From NCBI GenBank assembly GCA_010015805.1, contig ML978128.1, positions 310,001 to 374,000 on the forward strand: DNA of 64,000 bases, in the 5' to 3' direction. A program made the position numbers and the translations under genes. Below the pieces are notes generated by a model. It had not been told where the DNA came from, did not search any database, and saw nothing but the letters and a program-made list of their open reading frames with translations. This document shows positions 62,787 through 64,000 of the stretch, piece after piece. The DNA is from Rhizodiscina lignyota. Its lineage: Eukaryota. How positions within the stretch are numbered: the stretch's first letter is position 1; each line of letters starts with the position of its first letter.

Positions 62787-64000
62787 CTACGTCTTTGTCT
62801 CTTTCGTTTCCTGCTGAGCAGGCTCTTCCGCCTCCTCTTTATTCCCTTCGATCCAGTTGCGCATCTTTTCTCCAGAGTGCGTGGTCAGCATGACAAAGCC
62901 AGTCGAGACGACAATGAAAACACAGGAAATCGTGCTAAACCATCCAACACCAATCTTCTCAATCGCCGGGAGACATGTTGCGGAGCCGAGGGCTGCGAAA
63001 AGGTAGCGGAGCAAGTAGTTCCCAGCTGCCGACAGATGTCAGTAAAACTTAAAAGGAGAGACCCGACGGATGCCAAACATACCGACGACTTCCGCGCTTC
63101 TTCTTTGCATAACGTCCAAACAGTACGTATTCAAGCTTGGGAAGCAGAATAGCTGTGCTATGCCCTGGATGAACATGACTATCACAGGCAGCGGCACGCC
63201 ACCAACAGCTTTCTCTACACTCCAGCCGTAAATGAGCATACTGAAGGCGACGACAAGCATGGCTACTAAAGCGCTTCGTAGGCGGTCCTCAGGTACGCGT
63301 CGTCCACGTTTGCGAATCCATTTTTTGACGATATAATCGGCCCAACGTCCACCAAAGAAGGTTCCGAGGAGATATCCGCAGCCGGGAGCGATGTAGAAGA
63401 GTCCGGATTGGAGAGGCGTTGTTAAATGAAAGCGGGGGTTGAGGACATAACGGATGGGTGTGAGAAGCGAGTACATGTTCCAGACGAGGGATGATGAAGC
63501 CATGCCCTATTTATTCAATCAGCTCCGCCATACCTTAACAACAGCTCGCAGCGATAACAGTTGAACGTCTCGTTGCCACGAAATTACTTACCACAATGAG
63601 GAGGTTCGGATACTTGTAAAGTTTGAGAACACGCCATGGATTCGTCCACTCCCACATCGTCTTGATATATTGCTTGCGCGTCATTCCTTGCAACTGCTCA
63701 GACCGTTTGTAGTGGATGGTCTCAGGCAAGAAAAAGAAAACAAGGACAAGCGCAAGGCCGCCAAGAGCAGACTGCAGCCAGAATATGTCTCTCCAGCTCT
63801 TAAAGGTGACAATGATTCCTCCGATGAACGGTCCAAAAGCGGGACCGATAAGAGTGCCGCTCAAAAACCAGCCTAATCCAGATGCTCGCTCAGTCTGCAA
63901 AATCAGTCAGAACTCATAGTGGCTTTCGAAGCGGACGGCTTACAGGTCTGAAAATATCTCCAATGCAGCTTGCTCCAACAATCAACAGGCACGTGCCTTG
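62787..64000 (-). CDS. MFS drug:H+ antiporter (DHA1-like); 5' end off the window
   Basis: GDIFRP/TERASGLG..GPAFGPFIGG..WRDIFW..FLPET, GRWAD, PEDRL, YCLD, AGNYLLRYLFAA. Three introns visible. Confidence 0.9.

Overview
This 64-kb window is gene-dense nuclear DNA from a filamentous ascomycete (Pezizomycotina). The evidence is short spliceosomal introns with CTRAC/CTAAC branch sites and a dispersed 5S rRNA gene. About 25 protein genes can be built by hand-splicing the ORF track. Conserved core genes are arl1, prp4 kinase, rds1, gyp7, arp8, paf1, nrd1, cit1 and yhm2; the last three form the known Pezizomycotina nrd1-cit1-yhm2 cluster. Other genes: a DUF3433 membrane protein, two MFS transporters, a LAT/Mup-type permease, a secreted lysophospholipase and a kelch protein. 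Accessory content: two tandem paralogous secreted proteins with Kex2-type propeptides, an intronless bacterial-type alpha/beta hydrolase next to a SnoaL-like protein, BTB and F-box-like orphans, and a NACHT-ankyrin NLR. The most notable observations are the secreted paralog pair, the hydrolase/SnoaL pair, a divergent 5S rRNA with compensatory changes, repeated AAG 3' splice sites with weak donors, and in-frame stop-free introns in prp4 and nrd1. I found no convincing wholly new system, transposon, tRNA or CRISPR array. All family assignments come from motif recognition by eye, not database searches.
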